Assembly (NCBI GenBank): GCA_001321855.1
Contig: JPUP01000096.1
Location: forward strand, 10,989 to 74,988
DNA: 64,000 bases
Direction of reading: 5' to 3'
DNA from: SAR11 cluster bacterium PRT-SC02
Lineage (GTDB): Bacteria > Pseudomonadota > Alphaproteobacteria > Pelagibacterales > Pelagibacteraceae
Notes under the pieces: generated by a model
Told to the model about the DNA's origin: nothing
The model's database searches: none
Seen by the model: the letters and a program-made list of their open reading frames with translations, nothing else
Shown: piece after piece, positions 23,278-34,749 of the stretch
Numbering within the stretch: the stretch's first letter is position 1
How the letters are laid out: every line of letters begins with the position of its first letter
Position numbers and translations under genes: made by a program

Positions 23278-24063
23278 ATGAATTTAATGAAAGGCAAAAA
23301 AGGTTTGATAATGGGCGTTGCAAATGAGCGTTCAATAGCTTGGGGAATATCTCAAAAATTAGCTGAAGCTGGGGCTGAATTGGCTTTTACATATTTAGGC
23401 GATGCATTAAAAAAAAGGGTAGTTCCTTTAGCAGAGAAGCTGAACTCAAAAATTACATTTAGTTGTGACGTTGAACAAAAAGATGATGTTTCAAAACTTT
23501 TTAAAGATGTAAGTGAAAAATGGGGGCAATTGGATTTTGTCGTTCACGCAGTAGCATTTTCAGATAAAGCAGAACTCTCAGGTCAATATTTAAATACTAC
23601 ACGCGATAATTTTTTGAAAAGTATGCTGATATCCTGTTTTTCCTTTACCGAAGTATCAAAAGAGGCCTCTAAAATCATGAAAGAGGGGGGTTCCTTATTA
23701 ACACTCACATATGAATCCACTAAAGCAATACCTAATTATAATGTGATGGGAGTTTGCAAATCAGCACTAGAAGCAAGTGTAAAATATTTAGCTAGAGACT
23801 TGGGAGAGAAAAAAATTAGAGTTAATGCCATAAGTGCTGGGCCTATAAAAACTTTAGCAGCATCAGCTATTGGTGATGCAAAATTTTTGTACAAATGGAA
23901 CGAAGACCACTCTTTTTTGAAGAGGAATGTTGATATACACGATGTAGGTAATTCTGCCTTATATTTGCTTAGTGATTTAGCTGGAGGTGTTACAGGAGAA
24001 ATACATTATGTTGATGCTGGTTACAATAAGGTTGGAATGCCTGATCCCAAAAATATGAGCTAG
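23278..24063 (+). CDS. fabI: Enoyl-ACP reductase
   Basis: [40 protein letters not shown]; start taken at ATG 23278. Confidence 0.95.
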   Translation: MNLMKGKKGLIMGVANERSIAWGISQKLAEAGAELAFTYLGDALKKRVVPLAEKLNSKITFSCDVEQKDDVSKLFKDVSEKWGQLDFVVHAVAFSDKAELSGQYLNTTRDNFLKSMLISCFSFTEVSKEASKIMKEGGSLLTLTYESTKAIPNYNVMGVCKSALEASVKYLARDLGEKKIRVNAISAGPIKTLAASAIGDAKFLYKWNEDHSFLKRNVDIHDVGNSALYLLSDLAGGVTGEIHYVDAGYNKVGMPDPKNMS

Positions 24064-26132
24064 GCTCCCGCTTGTTTCATAGAAAGTTTTACTTTTCCTC
24101 TATCAAAGCCTACCACTTTTACTGAAACTTCATCTCCTTCTTTTACTACATCTCCGACTTTTGCTACTCTTTTGTTAGCAAGTTCTGAGATATGAACTAA
24201 ACCATCTTGTTTACCTAAAAAATTCACGAAGGCACCGAATTCCATTATTTTCACTACTTTACCTTTATATATTTTTCCTACCTCTGGTTTTGCTACGAGC
24301 CCTTTTATAAATTCTATTGCTTTATTTCTTGATTCTGCATCTGGTGCTGCTATCGTTACATCACCTGTATCTTTAACATCAACTTTTGCCCCTGAAGTTT
24401 CAACAATTTCCCTAATTGTTGCTCCTCCTTTTCCTATAACGGTAGCTATATCTTTTTTGTCAACTTTTAGCGTTTCCATTTTTGGTGTATGTTTAGATAA
24501 TTCTTTTCTAGATGATTTAATTGCTTTGTTCATCTCGTCTAAAATATGTTTTCTACCAGCCTTAGCTTGATCTAAGGCCTTCTCCATTATTTCAAAAGTG
24601 ATACCAGTAATTTTTATATCCATTTGTAATGACGTAATACCATTTTTTGTTCCTGCCACTTTAAAATCCATATCCCCGAGATGGTCCTCGTCTCCTAAAA
24701 TGTCAGATAAAACTGAATAATTATCGCCTTCTTTAATTAAGCCCATAGCAATACCTGCCACAGGTTCTTTTATTGGAACCCCTGCATCCATTAAAGAGAG
24801 CGATGTTCCACATACGGTTGCCATTGAAGATGATCCATTTGACTCGGTAATTTCTGAAACAACTCTTAAAGTATATGGAAAATTTTCTTTTTTAGGTAAC
24901 GAAGAATTAATTGCCCGCCAAGCCAGTTTGCCGTGCCCAATTTCCCTTCTGCCAGTGCCAATTCTTCCACATTCTCCAACTGAGAAAGGAGGAAAATTAT
25001 AATGTAACATAAAATTTGATCTTTGCATGCCATCTAGGCTTTCAAATCTTTGTTCGTCGTCAGCCATCCCTAGAGTTGTAACTACTAAAGCTTGAGTCTC
25101 TCCCCTAGTGAATAAAGCTGAACCATGAGATCTTGGAATAATTCCTACTTCACATTTTATTTGTCTGACATCATCAAGAGCCCTTCCATCAATTCTTTTT
25201 TTATCTTTCATAATTGCAGTTCTAACTATGTCTTTTTCCAATGACTTTAATTGAGCAGTTGCCTGATTTTCTGTGACTTTTTCATCATCTTTAAACATCT
25301 CTTTACATTTAATTTCAGCTTCAGAAATTGAATTAGATCTTTTTTTTTTATCAGTTTCTTTGAAAGCTTTTCTTAAATCTGACTCTAATGCTTTAGCTAT
25401 TTTTTTCTTTACTTCTGAATGATCGATATTCTCAACTTCCCATTTTGGCTTACCAGTTTTTTTAGCCAAATTTTCGATAGCTTCAATAATTGGTACAAAA
25501 TTTTTGTGCCCAAATTTTACTGCTTCTAACATCTCTTTTTCTGATAACCCAGAGGCTTCTGACTCTACCATTAGGACTGCATCTTTTGTTCCTGCTACAA
25601 CTAGGTCTAACTCCGACTCTTCCAATTCTTTTGGATTTGGGTTCAAGATATATTTACCACTTATATACCCAACTCTACTAGCAGCAATTGGACCCTGAAA
25701 AGGTAATCCTGAAATAGCCAATGCCGCTGATGATGCTATAATTGAAAGAACATCTGGTTGATTTTCTCCATCGTATGATATGACCGTTGGCAAAATTTGA
25801 ATCTCATTGAGAAAGTTTTCAGGAAAAAGTGGCCTTATAGGTCTATCAATTAATCTAGAAATTAATGTCTCTGACTCAGTTGGTCTCGCTTCTCTCTTAA
25901 AATAGCCTCCTGGAATTTTTCCTGCTGCATAGTATTTCTCTTGATAGTTTACAGAAAGTGGAAAATAATCTTGTTCGTCTTTAACTTTTTTAGCTCCAAC
26001 TGCTGTGGCAAGAACTACAGTTTCACCACATTTTGCAATTATGGCACCATCTGCTTGTCTAGCAATTTTACCGGTTTCCAAAACAATTTTTTTACCGTTG
26101 ATTTCTATTTCTTCATTAAAAACTTTAAACAT
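24060..26132 (-). CDS. pnp: Polyribonucleotide nucleotidyltransferase
   Basis: [50 protein letters not shown] and S1 domains. Confidence 0.97.
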   Translation of the reverse strand: MFKVFNEEIEINGKKIVLETGKIARQADGAIIAKCGETVVLATAVGAKKVKDEQDYFPLSVNYQEKYYAAGKIPGGYFKREARPTESETLISRLIDRPIRPLFPENFLNEIQILPTVISYDGENQPDVLSIIASSAALAISGLPFQGPIAASRVGYISGKYILNPNPKELEESELDLVVAGTKDAVLMVESEASGLSEKEMLEAVKFGHKNFVPIIEAIENLAKKTGKPKWEVENIDHSEVKKKIAKALESDLRKAFKETDKKKRSNSISEAEIKCKEMFKDDEKVTENQATAQLKSLEKDIVRTAIMKDKKRIDGRALDDVRQIKCEVGIIPRSHGSALFTRGETQALVVTTLGMADDEQRFESLDGMQRSNFMLHYNFPPFSVGECGRIGTGRREIGHGKLAWRAINSSLPKKENFPYTLRVVSEITESNGSSSMATVCGTSLSLMDAGVPIKEPVAGIAMGLIKEGDNYSVLSDILGDEDHLGDMDFKVAGTKNGITSLQMDIKITGITFEIMEKALDQAKAGRKHILDEMNKAIKSSRKELSKHTPKMETLKVDKKDIATVIGKGGATIREIVETSGAKVDVKDTGDVTIAAPDAESRNKAIEFIKGLVAKPEVGKIYKGKVVKIMEFGAFVNFLGKQDGLVHISELANKRVAKVGDVVKEGDEVSVKVVGFDRGKVKLSMKQAGA

Positions 26133-26392
26133 TACTTCCTTAAATTTAATTCCTTTATTACTTTATTGTAAGATGTAACATCTTTTCTCTTTAAATAGGC
26201 TAATAATTTTTTTCTTTTATTAACTGATTTATTTAACCCAACAATAGAGTGCTTGTCCTTTTTAAACTTTTTAAAATGTTCAGAAAGGTTTTCAATTTTT
26301 TTACTTAATAAACCTATTTGTATCGCTGTTGAACCAACGTCATTTGAGCTTATTTGCAAAGATTTAATTATATCCGTTTTTTTTCTTTTCAT
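26132..26392 (-). CDS. rpsO: 30S ribosomal protein S15
   Basis: [35 protein letters not shown]; directly upstream of pnp. Confidence 0.9.
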   Translation of the reverse strand: MKRKKTDIIKSLQISSNDVGSTAIQIGLLSKKIENLSEHFKKFKKDKHSIVGLNKSVNKRKKLLAYLKRKDVTSYNKVIKELNLRK

Positions 26393-26762
26393 TATCGTTG
26401 TTCTCTTTTATCAATCTTTCTATCCTCTGCGCATAATCGAAAGATTTATCTTCTACAAAGTTTAATTTTGGAAGAAACTTTATATCAAGTCTTTTTGATA
26501 GAGCTCTTCTAACAAGATGTGTGTATTCAGTCAATATCATAACGACTTCTTCAGTTTGGTCTCCCCCTAGAGGAATGACGTAAACCCTGGCACTTTTTAA
26601 ATCCGCGGACATCTTTACCTCTGTAACGGTGATAATTTTTGTATCTAAATGTGGTATTTTTGCTTCATCCATTATGAAAATTTCACCAATATTTTTTTTA
26701 ACAAGCTCGCCAACTCGTAGTTGTCTTTGCGTGATAACCTGATTATTTAAATTTTTTGACAT
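26364..26762 (-). CDS. rbfA: Ribosome-binding factor A
   Basis: RQLRVGE, ITVTEVKMSADLKSARVY, PKLNFVED. Confidence 0.93.
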   Translation of the reverse strand: MSKNLNNQVITQRQLRVGELVKKNIGEIFIMDEAKIPHLDTKIITVTEVKMSADLKSARVYVIPLGGDQTEEVVMILTEYTHLVRRALSKRLDIKFLPKLNFVEDKSFDYAQRIERLIKENNDNEKKKNGYN

Positions 26763-28936
26763 TAAATAAACCTCTCTTGTTTTTCTGATGTAAAGGACTC
26801 TATGATATCTTTCTCTTTAAAATCTATAAAATCTTTCAGACTAATTCCACATTCATAACCATTTTTAACTTCTTTAACAGCAGATTTTTCTCTAAAAATA
26901 CTGCTAATTTCCCCCTCGTATATTACTGTTCCCTCTCTTATTAATCTAGCTTTTGATTTATTTTTAATCTCTCCTGATACGACTTTTGAACCAGCTACTT
27001 TTCCTGCTGAAGATACTTTAAATACTTTTTGAATTTCTGCTGAACCATATAAAATTTCTTTTATATTTGGTTCTAATAAACCAGAAAGAGCTTTTTCAAC
27101 AAATTCTATTGCTTCATAAATTATATTAAAATATTTAATTTCTATTTTTTGTTCCTCTGCAAGTTTTTTTGCTTCTTTATTTGGTTTAACATTAAAGCCT
27201 ATTAATATAGCGTTTGATGCCTTAGATAGTGATACATCGTTCTCGGTTATCATTCCTATGTCAGATAAAATAATATTTGGTTTAACCTCATCGTGTTTTA
27301 TTTTGTTTATTGCATCCCTTAAGGCCTCTGTTGATCCTTGAACGTCTGATTTAAGAATAATATTTAGCTCAGCTTTACTTGTTTCTTTATCAAATAAATT
27401 TGTTTTATCAGCAATTTTTAAATTGTTTGAAACTTTATTTTCTTTTCTAAATTCTAAAACTTTTTTTGAGTCATCTTCATTTTCTGTTACAAAAAAATCA
27501 GCCCCCGCATGCACCGAGGAGTTCATCCCAAGAATTTCGACTGGCATTGAAGGAGTGGCTACTTGAATTAAATTTCCCTCATGATTTATCATCGCTCTTA
27601 TCTTACCTCTGCTATTTCCACATACAAAAAAATCTCCTTTTTGAAGTTTACCCTTGGTGATCAAGATAGTTGATACAGGACCCTTGCCTTTATCAATCTT
27701 TGATTCTAAAACAATTCCTTTGGCATTTCCCTCAAAAGAAGATTTAAGATCTAAAATTTCTGCTTGCAGTAAAATTATTTCTTTTAATTTGTCTAAATTT
27801 AATTTTTTTGTTGCTGACACCTCTACAAATAATGTATCGCCACTTAAATCCTCTGCTATCAATTCGTATTGCATTAAATCATTTTTTATTTTACTTATGT
27901 TCTTGCTTGGCAAGTCACATTTATTTATTGCTACTATTATAGGAACTTTTGCTGCTTTAGCATGTTTAATGGCTTCAATTGTTTGTGGTTTTATTCCATC
28001 ATCAGCAGCTATTACCAAAACTACAATGTCAGTAACTTTCGAACCTCGAGCTCTCATCTCTGTAAACGCAGCATGTCCAGGTGTATCTATAAATGTAATT
28101 GTTTTTTTATTTTTCGTTTCAACTTGATAAGCACCAATATGTTGGGTAATTCCTCCGTGTTCTTGAGAAACAACATTTGAGCTTCGAAGAGCGTCTAGCA
28201 AAGAAGTTTTTCCATGATCAACATGACCCATGATAGTGACAACTGGAGCTCTAAGCTGTAAATTTTTATCTAAGTTATCACTTTGTACCTCGTCGTCAAT
28301 GACCGGTTGCTCATCTATAATAGGATTATGGCCGAATTCTTTAACAATAAACTCGGCAGTATCTTTATCAATTGAGTGATTAATTGTTGCCATAACTTTC
28401 ATATTCATTAAATATTTTATAATTTCACTAGATTTTTCTGCCATTCTATTTGACAACTCTTGTATAGTTATTTGATCTGGAATTTTTACATCACGTTTAA
28501 TTTTTTTAAATTCTTTCTTTTCTTCATTCTCTAATGTGGATTTTTTTTCTTTTTGTCTTGCTCTTTTCACAGAGGCGAGACTTCTTTGCTTAATTTCAAT
28601 TTCTTCAACGTTAAGGGCTCTAGAGACTGTCAATTTGAACGATCTTTTATCTACACTTCCTTTTAATTTAAGTTTACTTTTACCAGCTGGTTTTTCATCC
28701 TTTTTTATTAAATTTTTTGTGGCTTGTTGTTCAATAAATTTTCTAGATAAATTTTTCTTTACAGGATTAAGGTTATTGATATCGTTCTTGAAATTCTTTT
28801 TAAAACCAAAGTTGCTTTTTTTCTTTTGAATAGAAAAGCTATTTTTTGACTCTTTGCCAAAACTTTTAGGATCAATTTTTTTTTTAATCCCTTTAGAAAT
28901 TGTCAAAGTTTTTTTTCTTGTTTTATTTTCGCTCAT
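26762..28936 (-). CDS. infB: Translation initiation factor IF-2
   Basis: RAPVVTIMGHVDHGKTSLLD, GGITQHIGAY, DTPGHAAF, NKCD, ECGI. Confidence 0.97.
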   Translation of the reverse strand: MSENKTRKKTLTISKGIKKKIDPKSFGKESKNSFSIQKKKSNFGFKKNFKNDINNLNPVKKNLSRKFIEQQATKNLIKKDEKPAGKSKLKLKGSVDKRSFKLTVSRALNVEEIEIKQRSLASVKRARQKEKKSTLENEEKKEFKKIKRDVKIPDQITIQELSNRMAEKSSEIIKYLMNMKVMATINHSIDKDTAEFIVKEFGHNPIIDEQPVIDDEVQSDNLDKNLQLRAPVVTIMGHVDHGKTSLLDALRSSNVVSQEHGGITQHIGAYQVETKNKKTITFIDTPGHAAFTEMRARGSKVTDIVVLVIAADDGIKPQTIEAIKHAKAAKVPIIVAINKCDLPSKNISKIKNDLMQYELIAEDLSGDTLFVEVSATKKLNLDKLKEIILLQAEILDLKSSFEGNAKGIVLESKIDKGKGPVSTILITKGKLQKGDFFVCGNSRGKIRAMINHEGNLIQVATPSMPVEILGMNSSVHAGADFFVTENEDDSKKVLEFRKENKVSNNLKIADKTNLFDKETSKAELNIILKSDVQGSTEALRDAINKIKHDEVKPNIILSDIGMITENDVSLSKASNAILIGFNVKPNKEAKKLAEEQKIEIKYFNIIYEAIEFVEKALSGLLEPNIKEILYGSAEIQKVFKVSSAGKVAGSKVVSGEIKNKSKARLIREGTVIYEGEISSIFREKSAVKEVKNGYECGISLKDFIDFKEKDIIESFTSEKQERFI

Positions 28937-28941
28937 ATTTC

Positions 28942-30489
28942 CTATTTGTAAACAATATCTCTTGCCGCCATAATTAACTGATCGGCTTCGTCCTTGGTAA
29001 GTGAAAATTCTTCTAAATATCCACTAAATCTTATTTTTTTTCCTTTAATTTCATCATAGCCACCAATTAATTCATCAGAAGACAAATCTGCAAAATCACT
29101 TAATTTTTTTATATTTTTTTGTCCCAATATCACCAACATGCCTTGGGTCAAACCTTTTAAATTCATGAGAGATTCCTCTAATCCCAGCTCTTTAAGTTTT
29201 TTTATAATTTCTTCTTGTTCTTTGACTAAACTTTCTTTTGACCTTTCTATTAGCTCTTTAGCAGTCTCCTCGTCTATTCCCTCTATTTTTGAAATATCCT
29301 CTGGTTTAGATTGAGATATATCTTCAGTAGTTTGAAATCCCTCTGATACCAATAACTGGCCAAGAGTTTCGTCCACTTCAAGATTTCTTATCAGGTTCTC
29401 AGACTTCTCTTTAAATTCACTCTGTCTTCTATCTGAGTCTTCTTTATCAGTTAAAATATCTATTTCATAATTTGTTAGTTTTGAAGCAAGTCTTACATTT
29501 TGTCCTCTTCTACCAATTGCTTTACTTAAATTTTCTTCTGTTAAAATTACTTCAATTCTTTTGTTGTCTTGATGAATAAGCACCTTTTGAATTTCTGCTG
29601 GAGACAAAGACTCTGAAATTAAAGATGGCAAATCTTCTGTCCACTTTATAATATCAATTTTTTCACCATTTAATTCATTTACAATAGTTTGGACTCTACT
29701 TCCTCTCATTCCGACGCAAGCACCAACGGGGTCAATAGAATTATCTTTTGAAAATACACAAATTTTTGCTCTACTGCCTGGATCTCTTGCAACTGATTTA
29801 ATTTCAATAATCCCCTCATAAATTTCAGGCACTTCTTGAAAAAATAAACGTGACAAAAATTGGGGATGAGCTCTTGATAAAAAGATTTGATGTCCTTTAA
29901 GTTCTTTTCTTACTTCATAGCAATATGCTTTGACCCTATCTCCAGTTTTTAAAATTTCTCTTGGTATAAGCTCGTCTTTTTTAATCACTGCTTCAGATTT
30001 TCCTAAATCCACTATAACGTTGCCATATTCTAATCTTTTAATAATTCCACTCAAAATTTGACCTTGCTTGTCTATAAAATCATTATACTGACGTGTTTTT
30101 TCCGCTTCTCTTACTCTTGAGCTTATAACTTGTTTAGCGCTTTGAGCTGCTATTCTTCCGAAGTCTATTTGAGGCAGATTTTCTGTAATTTGATCGCCAA
30201 TTTTATATTCTTGATTTTTATAAATTTTTTTAGCTTGATCAACAGTTATCTCGGAAGAAGAATTTTCAACTGTTTCAACAACCTCGATAATTTTTTTAAT
30301 TGATATTTCTCCAGTTTCTTTATCAATAATGGCTTTAATTTTATTGTCATTTCCAAATTTGGTTAAAGCAGCCCTCTCAATTGCACTTTCCATTGAGCTT
30401 ATTATTAGCTCTTTATCTATTGATTTTTCATTAGCTACTGCGTCAACAATTCTTAATAACTCTAATTTATCTAATCCTCTATTTAACAT
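28942..30489 (-). CDS. nusA: Transcription termination/antitermination factor NusA
   Basis: FGRIAAQSAKQ, ARDPGSRAK, DPVGACVGMRGSRVQ, AIGRRGQNVRLA. Confidence 0.97.
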   Translation of the reverse strand: MLNRGLDKLELLRIVDAVANEKSIDKELIISSMESAIERAALTKFGNDNKIKAIIDKETGEISIKKIIEVVETVENSSSEITVDQAKKIYKNQEYKIGDQITENLPQIDFGRIAAQSAKQVISSRVREAEKTRQYNDFIDKQGQILSGIIKRLEYGNVIVDLGKSEAVIKKDELIPREILKTGDRVKAYCYEVRKELKGHQIFLSRAHPQFLSRLFFQEVPEIYEGIIEIKSVARDPGSRAKICVFSKDNSIDPVGACVGMRGSRVQTIVNELNGEKIDIIKWTEDLPSLISESLSPAEIQKVLIHQDNKRIEVILTEENLSKAIGRRGQNVRLASKLTNYEIDILTDKEDSDRRQSEFKEKSENLIRNLEVDETLGQLLVSEGFQTTEDISQSKPEDISKIEGIDEETAKELIERSKESLVKEQEEIIKKLKELGLEESLMNLKGLTQGMLVILGQKNIKKLSDFADLSSDELIGGYDEIKGKKIRFSGYLEEFSLTKDEADQLIMAARDIVYK

Positions 30490-30500
30490 TTCACTGCTCC

Positions 30501-30526
30501 AAAAAAAAATGGGCTTAAGCCCATTT
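30501..30526 (-). terminator. Intrinsic terminator/attenuator just before nusA (rimP-leader-like GGGC..GCCC hairpin)
   Basis: Minus strand AAATGGGC-TTAA-GCCCATTTTTTTTT, followed directly by GGAG SD and the nusA ATG. Confidence 0.75.
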
Positions 30527-30579
30527 CTGTAAATTTAAAATTTTTAGTTAATCTAATAATTATAATAGTTTTTTAAAGA

Positions 30580-31743
30580 TTACAATTCAAATAAATTTGA
30601 TTTATCAGTTTTTTCCCAAGAAAATTCACCTTTATTTGATGGTTTTCTACCAAAATGACCGTAGGCAGAGGTAACTTCATAGATCGGCTTGTTGAGACTA
30701 AGCAGTTCTCTAATACCTCTTGGAGATAAATCAAAATTATTATTTATTATTTTTTTAATTTCTTCACTTTTATTTTCATCTTTGTCGTCTAGTTTTAGAT
30801 AAATCGATAAAGGTTTAGAGACTCCAATGGCATAAGCTAGTTGAATTAAACATTTCTTTGAGACACCAGACGCAACAATATTTTTTGCCAAATATCTTGC
30901 GGCATATGCTGCTGACCGATCAACCTTTGTGGGGTCTTTACCTGAAAACGCACCACCTCCATGCGGAGCAGCGCCTCCATAAGTATCAACGATGATTTTT
31001 CTTCCAGTTAAGCCGGTATCACCATCTGGACCTCCAATAATGAATTGCCCAGTAGGATTTATATAAACCTCTTTCTGGCTAAGATTATTTATTAAATCAT
31101 TAGGTATGGCTTTTTGAATATATGGGTAAACTATTTCTCTTACTTGGTCTTGATTTAAATCTTTAGAATGTTGTGTGGAAATTACCACTGAAGTTACTTT
31201 AATTGGTTTATCATTTTCATATTGCATTGTTACTTGACTTTTTGAATCTGGTTCAATGCCTTGAAGCTTGTTTTTTTTTCTATCTTCGGCCATTAGCCTT
31301 AGAATTTTATGTGAGAAATATATTGGTGCAGGCATTAAGTCTTCTGTCTCTTTACAAGCATATCCAAACATAATTCCTTGGTCGCCCGCTCCCTCATCTT
31401 TATTTGCCTTAGAGTCCACTCCCATAGCAATATCTGTTGATTGCTCATGTAAAAAAGTTTCTATTTTTGTATTTTTCCAACTAAATCCCTTTTGATCATA
31501 TCCAATATCCTTGATACAATTTCTTACTTTTTCAATTATCTCGTCATTGTTTAATTTTGGACCTCTAACTTCACCGGCTAAAACGACTTTATTGGTGGTT
31601 GTTAGGGTCTCGCAAGCAACTCTCGAATATGGATCTAGGCTAATATAACTGTCTACAACCATGTCCGATATACGATCGCAAACTTTGTCAGGATGACCTT
31701 CAGAAACCGACTCGCTCGTAAATAAATAATTTTTACCGCTCAT
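30580..31743 (-). CDS. metK: S-adenosylmethionine synthetase
   Basis: [54 protein letters not shown]. Confidence 0.97.
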   Translation of the reverse strand: MSGKNYLFTSESVSEGHPDKVCDRISDMVVDSYISLDPYSRVACETLTTTNKVVLAGEVRGPKLNNDEIIEKVRNCIKDIGYDQKGFSWKNTKIETFLHEQSTDIAMGVDSKANKDEGAGDQGIMFGYACKETEDLMPAPIYFSHKILRLMAEDRKKNKLQGIEPDSKSQVTMQYENDKPIKVTSVVISTQHSKDLNQDQVREIVYPYIQKAIPNDLINNLSQKEVYINPTGQFIIGGPDGDTGLTGRKIIVDTYGGAAPHGGGAFSGKDPTKVDRSAAYAARYLAKNIVASGVSKKCLIQLAYAIGVSKPLSIYLKLDDKDENKSEEIKKIINNNFDLSPRGIRELLSLNKPIYEVTSAYGHFGRKPSNKGEFSWEKTDKSNLFEL

Positions 31744-33292
31744 TTTTTTTTAAAATTAAAAATGTAATTGTATATGTAAATAAAAGAATTAAAAAGATCA
31801 AATCATTTTTATTTTTGAAATTTTGCGATAATACTGGAACTTCTAACTCAATCATTCCTGCTTCGTTAGGTTCTAACCTTTTTAAAACCTTGCCTTTATT
31901 ATTTATGAAAGCGCTCACTCCTTGATTTGCAGAACGGATTATGTATGAATTGTTTTCGACTGATCTAAAAATTGATTTTGAAAAATGTTGATATGGTCCA
32001 ATTGTTTTTCCGAACCATCCATCCTCTGAAATGTTTATTATAAAATTTGTACTTGCACTCGATCTTTGTGTTAACTCAGGAAAAATTATTTCATAACATA
32101 TTAAAGGTAAAATGCTCATACCTGAATATTCAAAATTTTTTGCAGGTGTTCCTTTATTAAATGAACCATATCCATGTGTAATCTTTTTAAGGCCAAAAGA
32201 TTGTAATAAATTCTCAAAGGGTAAAAATTCACCAAAAGGAACTAATTTATATTTGTTATATTTATAAATAATTTTGAGATTATTATTTATTACTATAAAA
32301 CTATTATAAAAAAATCTTTTATCTTCTGACTTTGTGTTTGTTCCAAGTATGATAAAATGTTTGTCTGAAAAGTTCTCTTTAATAATATTTTTGTATTTTA
32401 ACAAGTCACTATAATATGCCCCAGAAGTAATGCTTTCCGGCCATATAAAAAAAGTTTCCTTATCACTTACTGGCTCGCTATATCTAATTATTTTTTTTAG
32501 ATTATTTTCTACATTTTTTTGAACTGAATTCATTTGGATATCAAAATTAGGAGATACAACTTTAAAAGTAATAAGGTTTTTTTGCTCTTTTATATAATTA
32601 TCATTTTTATTAATTATATAAGAACCCAAAATATAAAAACAAAAAATGATTAAAAAATTTAATATTACTAGAATATTTTTATATTTGTAACTTTTAAAAA
32701 AAATAAGCGCTGAAGCACAGTAAAAAGTTATAACAATTAAATTAAATGCATAAAAACCGATAAAATTAGTAATTTGAATAAACTCAGTAAACCAAGACAA
32801 ACTGTAAGCCCATGAATTCCAGGGAAAACCAGTTAATATTTTTCCTTTTATAAAGTCAATTAAAGATAAAATGGAAGAAAAAATCAAAATTGAACTGAAA
32901 TTATTAGTCAAAAAAGGCCCGATAATCATTATCCCAAATCCATAAAATAAAGCCAAAAAGGCTGGTATACCGATTAATGCTAAAGGAATTAAAATTGTTA
33001 AACTTGGATCAAATGTCAGCGAATGCGTTATCCAATAAATACCGAATAAAAAAAATCCTAATCCAAAAAAATAACCAATTTTAAAAAAATTACTTAAATA
33101 ATTTTTTCTTCTTCTGTATGTACTTCGTGATTTCTTGTTAACAAACGATAATATTAAAAATAAAGTTGCAATAGTTGTAAAATTTACAAAAAATAAATTA
33201 AATGGTTCAAAGCTTAAAACTGAAACTGCACCAAGAACAAAAGGAAGTATATAAAGAAGTAAAATTTTGCTATTTTGAATTCTTTCAATCAT
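31733..33292 (-). CDS. lnt: Apolipoprotein N-acyltransferase
   Basis: [45 protein letters not shown]; start taken at ATG 33292. Confidence 0.93.
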   Translation of the reverse strand: MIERIQNSKILLLYILPFVLGAVSVLSFEPFNLFFVNFTTIATLFLILSFVNKKSRSTYRRRKNYLSNFFKIGYFFGLGFFLFGIYWITHSLTFDPSLTILIPLALIGIPAFLALFYGFGIMIIGPFLTNNFSSILIFSSILSLIDFIKGKILTGFPWNSWAYSLSWFTEFIQITNFIGFYAFNLIVITFYCASALIFFKSYKYKNILVILNFLIIFCFYILGSYIINKNDNYIKEQKNLITFKVVSPNFDIQMNSVQKNVENNLKKIIRYSEPVSDKETFFIWPESITSGAYYSDLLKYKNIIKENFSDKHFIILGTNTKSEDKRFFYNSFIVINNNLKIIYKYNKYKLVPFGEFLPFENLLQSFGLKKITHGYGSFNKGTPAKNFEYSGMSILPLICYEIIFPELTQRSSASTNFIINISEDGWFGKTIGPYQHFSKSIFRSVENNSYIIRSANQGVSAFINNKGKVLKRLEPNEAGMIELEVPVLSQNFKNKNDLIFLILLFTYTITFLILKKNER

Positions 33293-33755
33293 TTTCAATT
33301 CTATACAAATATCTTTTTTCTATTTTATTCATTTTAACATAGTCTTTGTAAATTTTATGGTCATGGCCTAATAGATGTAACAAACCATGAATCCAAAGTT
33401 TGTTTAATTCTTTTAAGAAATTTTCTTTCTTATCATTTTTCTTTATTTTAAAAAAATTTATTACTATGTCGCCCAGATAGAAATTTTGTTTTTTTTTTAA
33501 AAGGTCCTTTAATTCTTTTTTTTCATAAAATGGGAAAGATAAAATATCAGTCGTTTTATTTTTATTTCTGAACTTATTATTAAAATATTTTATATCTTTA
33601 TTACCAGTTAACATAATTGAAAATAAGAAATTATTTTTATGAAGTGATTTCTCTTTTTGTTTGAGCTTTTTAATTTGTTTGTTAAAATATTTCTTTGGAT
33701 CAGTTAAATATTTTTTCCAGTAAAGATTTTTAACAAAAACATTTACCTTAATCAT
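33285..33755 (-). CDS. ybeY: rRNA maturation endoribonuclease YbeY
   Basis: TDILSFP, LGDIVI, HGLLHLLGHDH. Confidence 0.94.
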   Translation of the reverse strand: MIKVNVFVKNLYWKKYLTDPKKYFNKQIKKLKQKEKSLHKNNFLFSIMLTGNKDIKYFNNKFRNKNKTTDILSFPFYEKKELKDLLKKKQNFYLGDIVINFFKIKKNDKKENFLKELNKLWIHGLLHLLGHDHKIYKDYVKMNKIEKRYLYRIEND

Positions 33756-34749
33756 CAGTGTCTTTTTTGTTATAAGCCTGAATGATTTTTGAAACTAAAG
33801 GGTGTCTTATAACATCTTTATGGTCGAATTCGATTGTTTTTATTTCTCTAATTTTATTAAGAATTTTTTTTGATTTTACTAAGCCAGAGGAAGATTTATT
33901 TATTAAATCAATTTGAGATGGATCTCCATTAACAACAATTTTAGAATTTTCTCCAATTCTAGTTAAAAACATTTTTATTTGAGTGACAGTAGCATTTTGA
34001 GCTTCATCTAAAATTGCAAAAGAATTTTTCAGTGTTCTACCTCTCATAAATGCTAAAGGCGCAATTTCAATTTCTCCTGAGTCAATTTTTTTTTGTATCT
34101 TCTCATATCCAAATAGATCATATAAAGCATCATATAACGGTCTTAGATATGGATCGACTTTTTCTTTCATGTCACCAGGTAAAAAACCTAATCTTTCCCC
34201 GGCTTCAACTGCAGGCCTTGATAAAATTACTTTTTCAACTTTTTTTTCCATTAAAAGAGTTATGCCCACTGAAACTGCGAGATAACTTTTTCCTGTGCCA
34301 GCTGGCCCTAAAGCAATTACAATATTATTTTCTCTCAATGCCTTAATATATTCTGATTGTTTCTCTGACCTTGCTATTACGGATTTTCTTGGAGTCTTTA
34401 TTAACTCACTTAAAGTATGCACATTATTTTGACTATTACTATTTTTACTTGTCTCTAATGAGAGGTTAATATCATTTTCCTCAATGGATTGGGTCTTGAT
34501 AAATTTATTTGCTAAAAATTTTATTGCATCAGAAACTTTTTTAACTTCTAAATTATCTCCTTTTATTGTGATGGAATTACCCCTAAAAAAAATTTTGGTA
34601 TTCGATAAATTCTCCAATTTTTTTAAATTTCCATTAAACTCTCCTACAATAGATTGTAATAAATCATTATTAAAGATTTGAATATTTGTTGTTTTTTTAT
34701 CAATTTTTTTTACAACAATGCTTTGGTCAATATTTATTATTTCAGACAT
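33748..34749 (-). CDS. phoH: PhoH-family ATPase (YbeZ-like)
   Basis: GPAGTGKSYLAV, RPAVEAGERLGFLPGD, PLAFMRGRTL, DEAQN. Confidence 0.94.
   Translation of the reverse strand: MSEIINIDQSIVVKKIDKKTTNIQIFNNDLLQSIVGEFNGNLKKLENLSNTKIFFRGNSITIKGDNLEVKKVSDAIKFLANKFIKTQSIEENDINLSLETSKNSNSQNNVHTLSELIKTPRKSVIARSEKQSEYIKALRENNIVIALGPAGTGKSYLAVSVGITLLMEKKVEKVILSRPAVEAGERLGFLPGDMKEKVDPYLRPLYDALYDLFGYEKIQKKIDSGEIEIAPLAFMRGRTLKNSFAILDEAQNATVTQIKMFLTRIGENSKIVVNGDPSQIDLINKSSSGLVKSKKILNKIREIKTIEFDHKDVIRHPLVSKIIQAYNKKDTDD

Noticed and set aside
27654-28127. Antisense and alternate-frame ORFs in the track (for example 27654-28127, 53679-54152, 45173-45535, 8608-8925)
   Set aside because: They lie wholly within well-conserved genes, have no motifs, and show the composition of shadow ORFs
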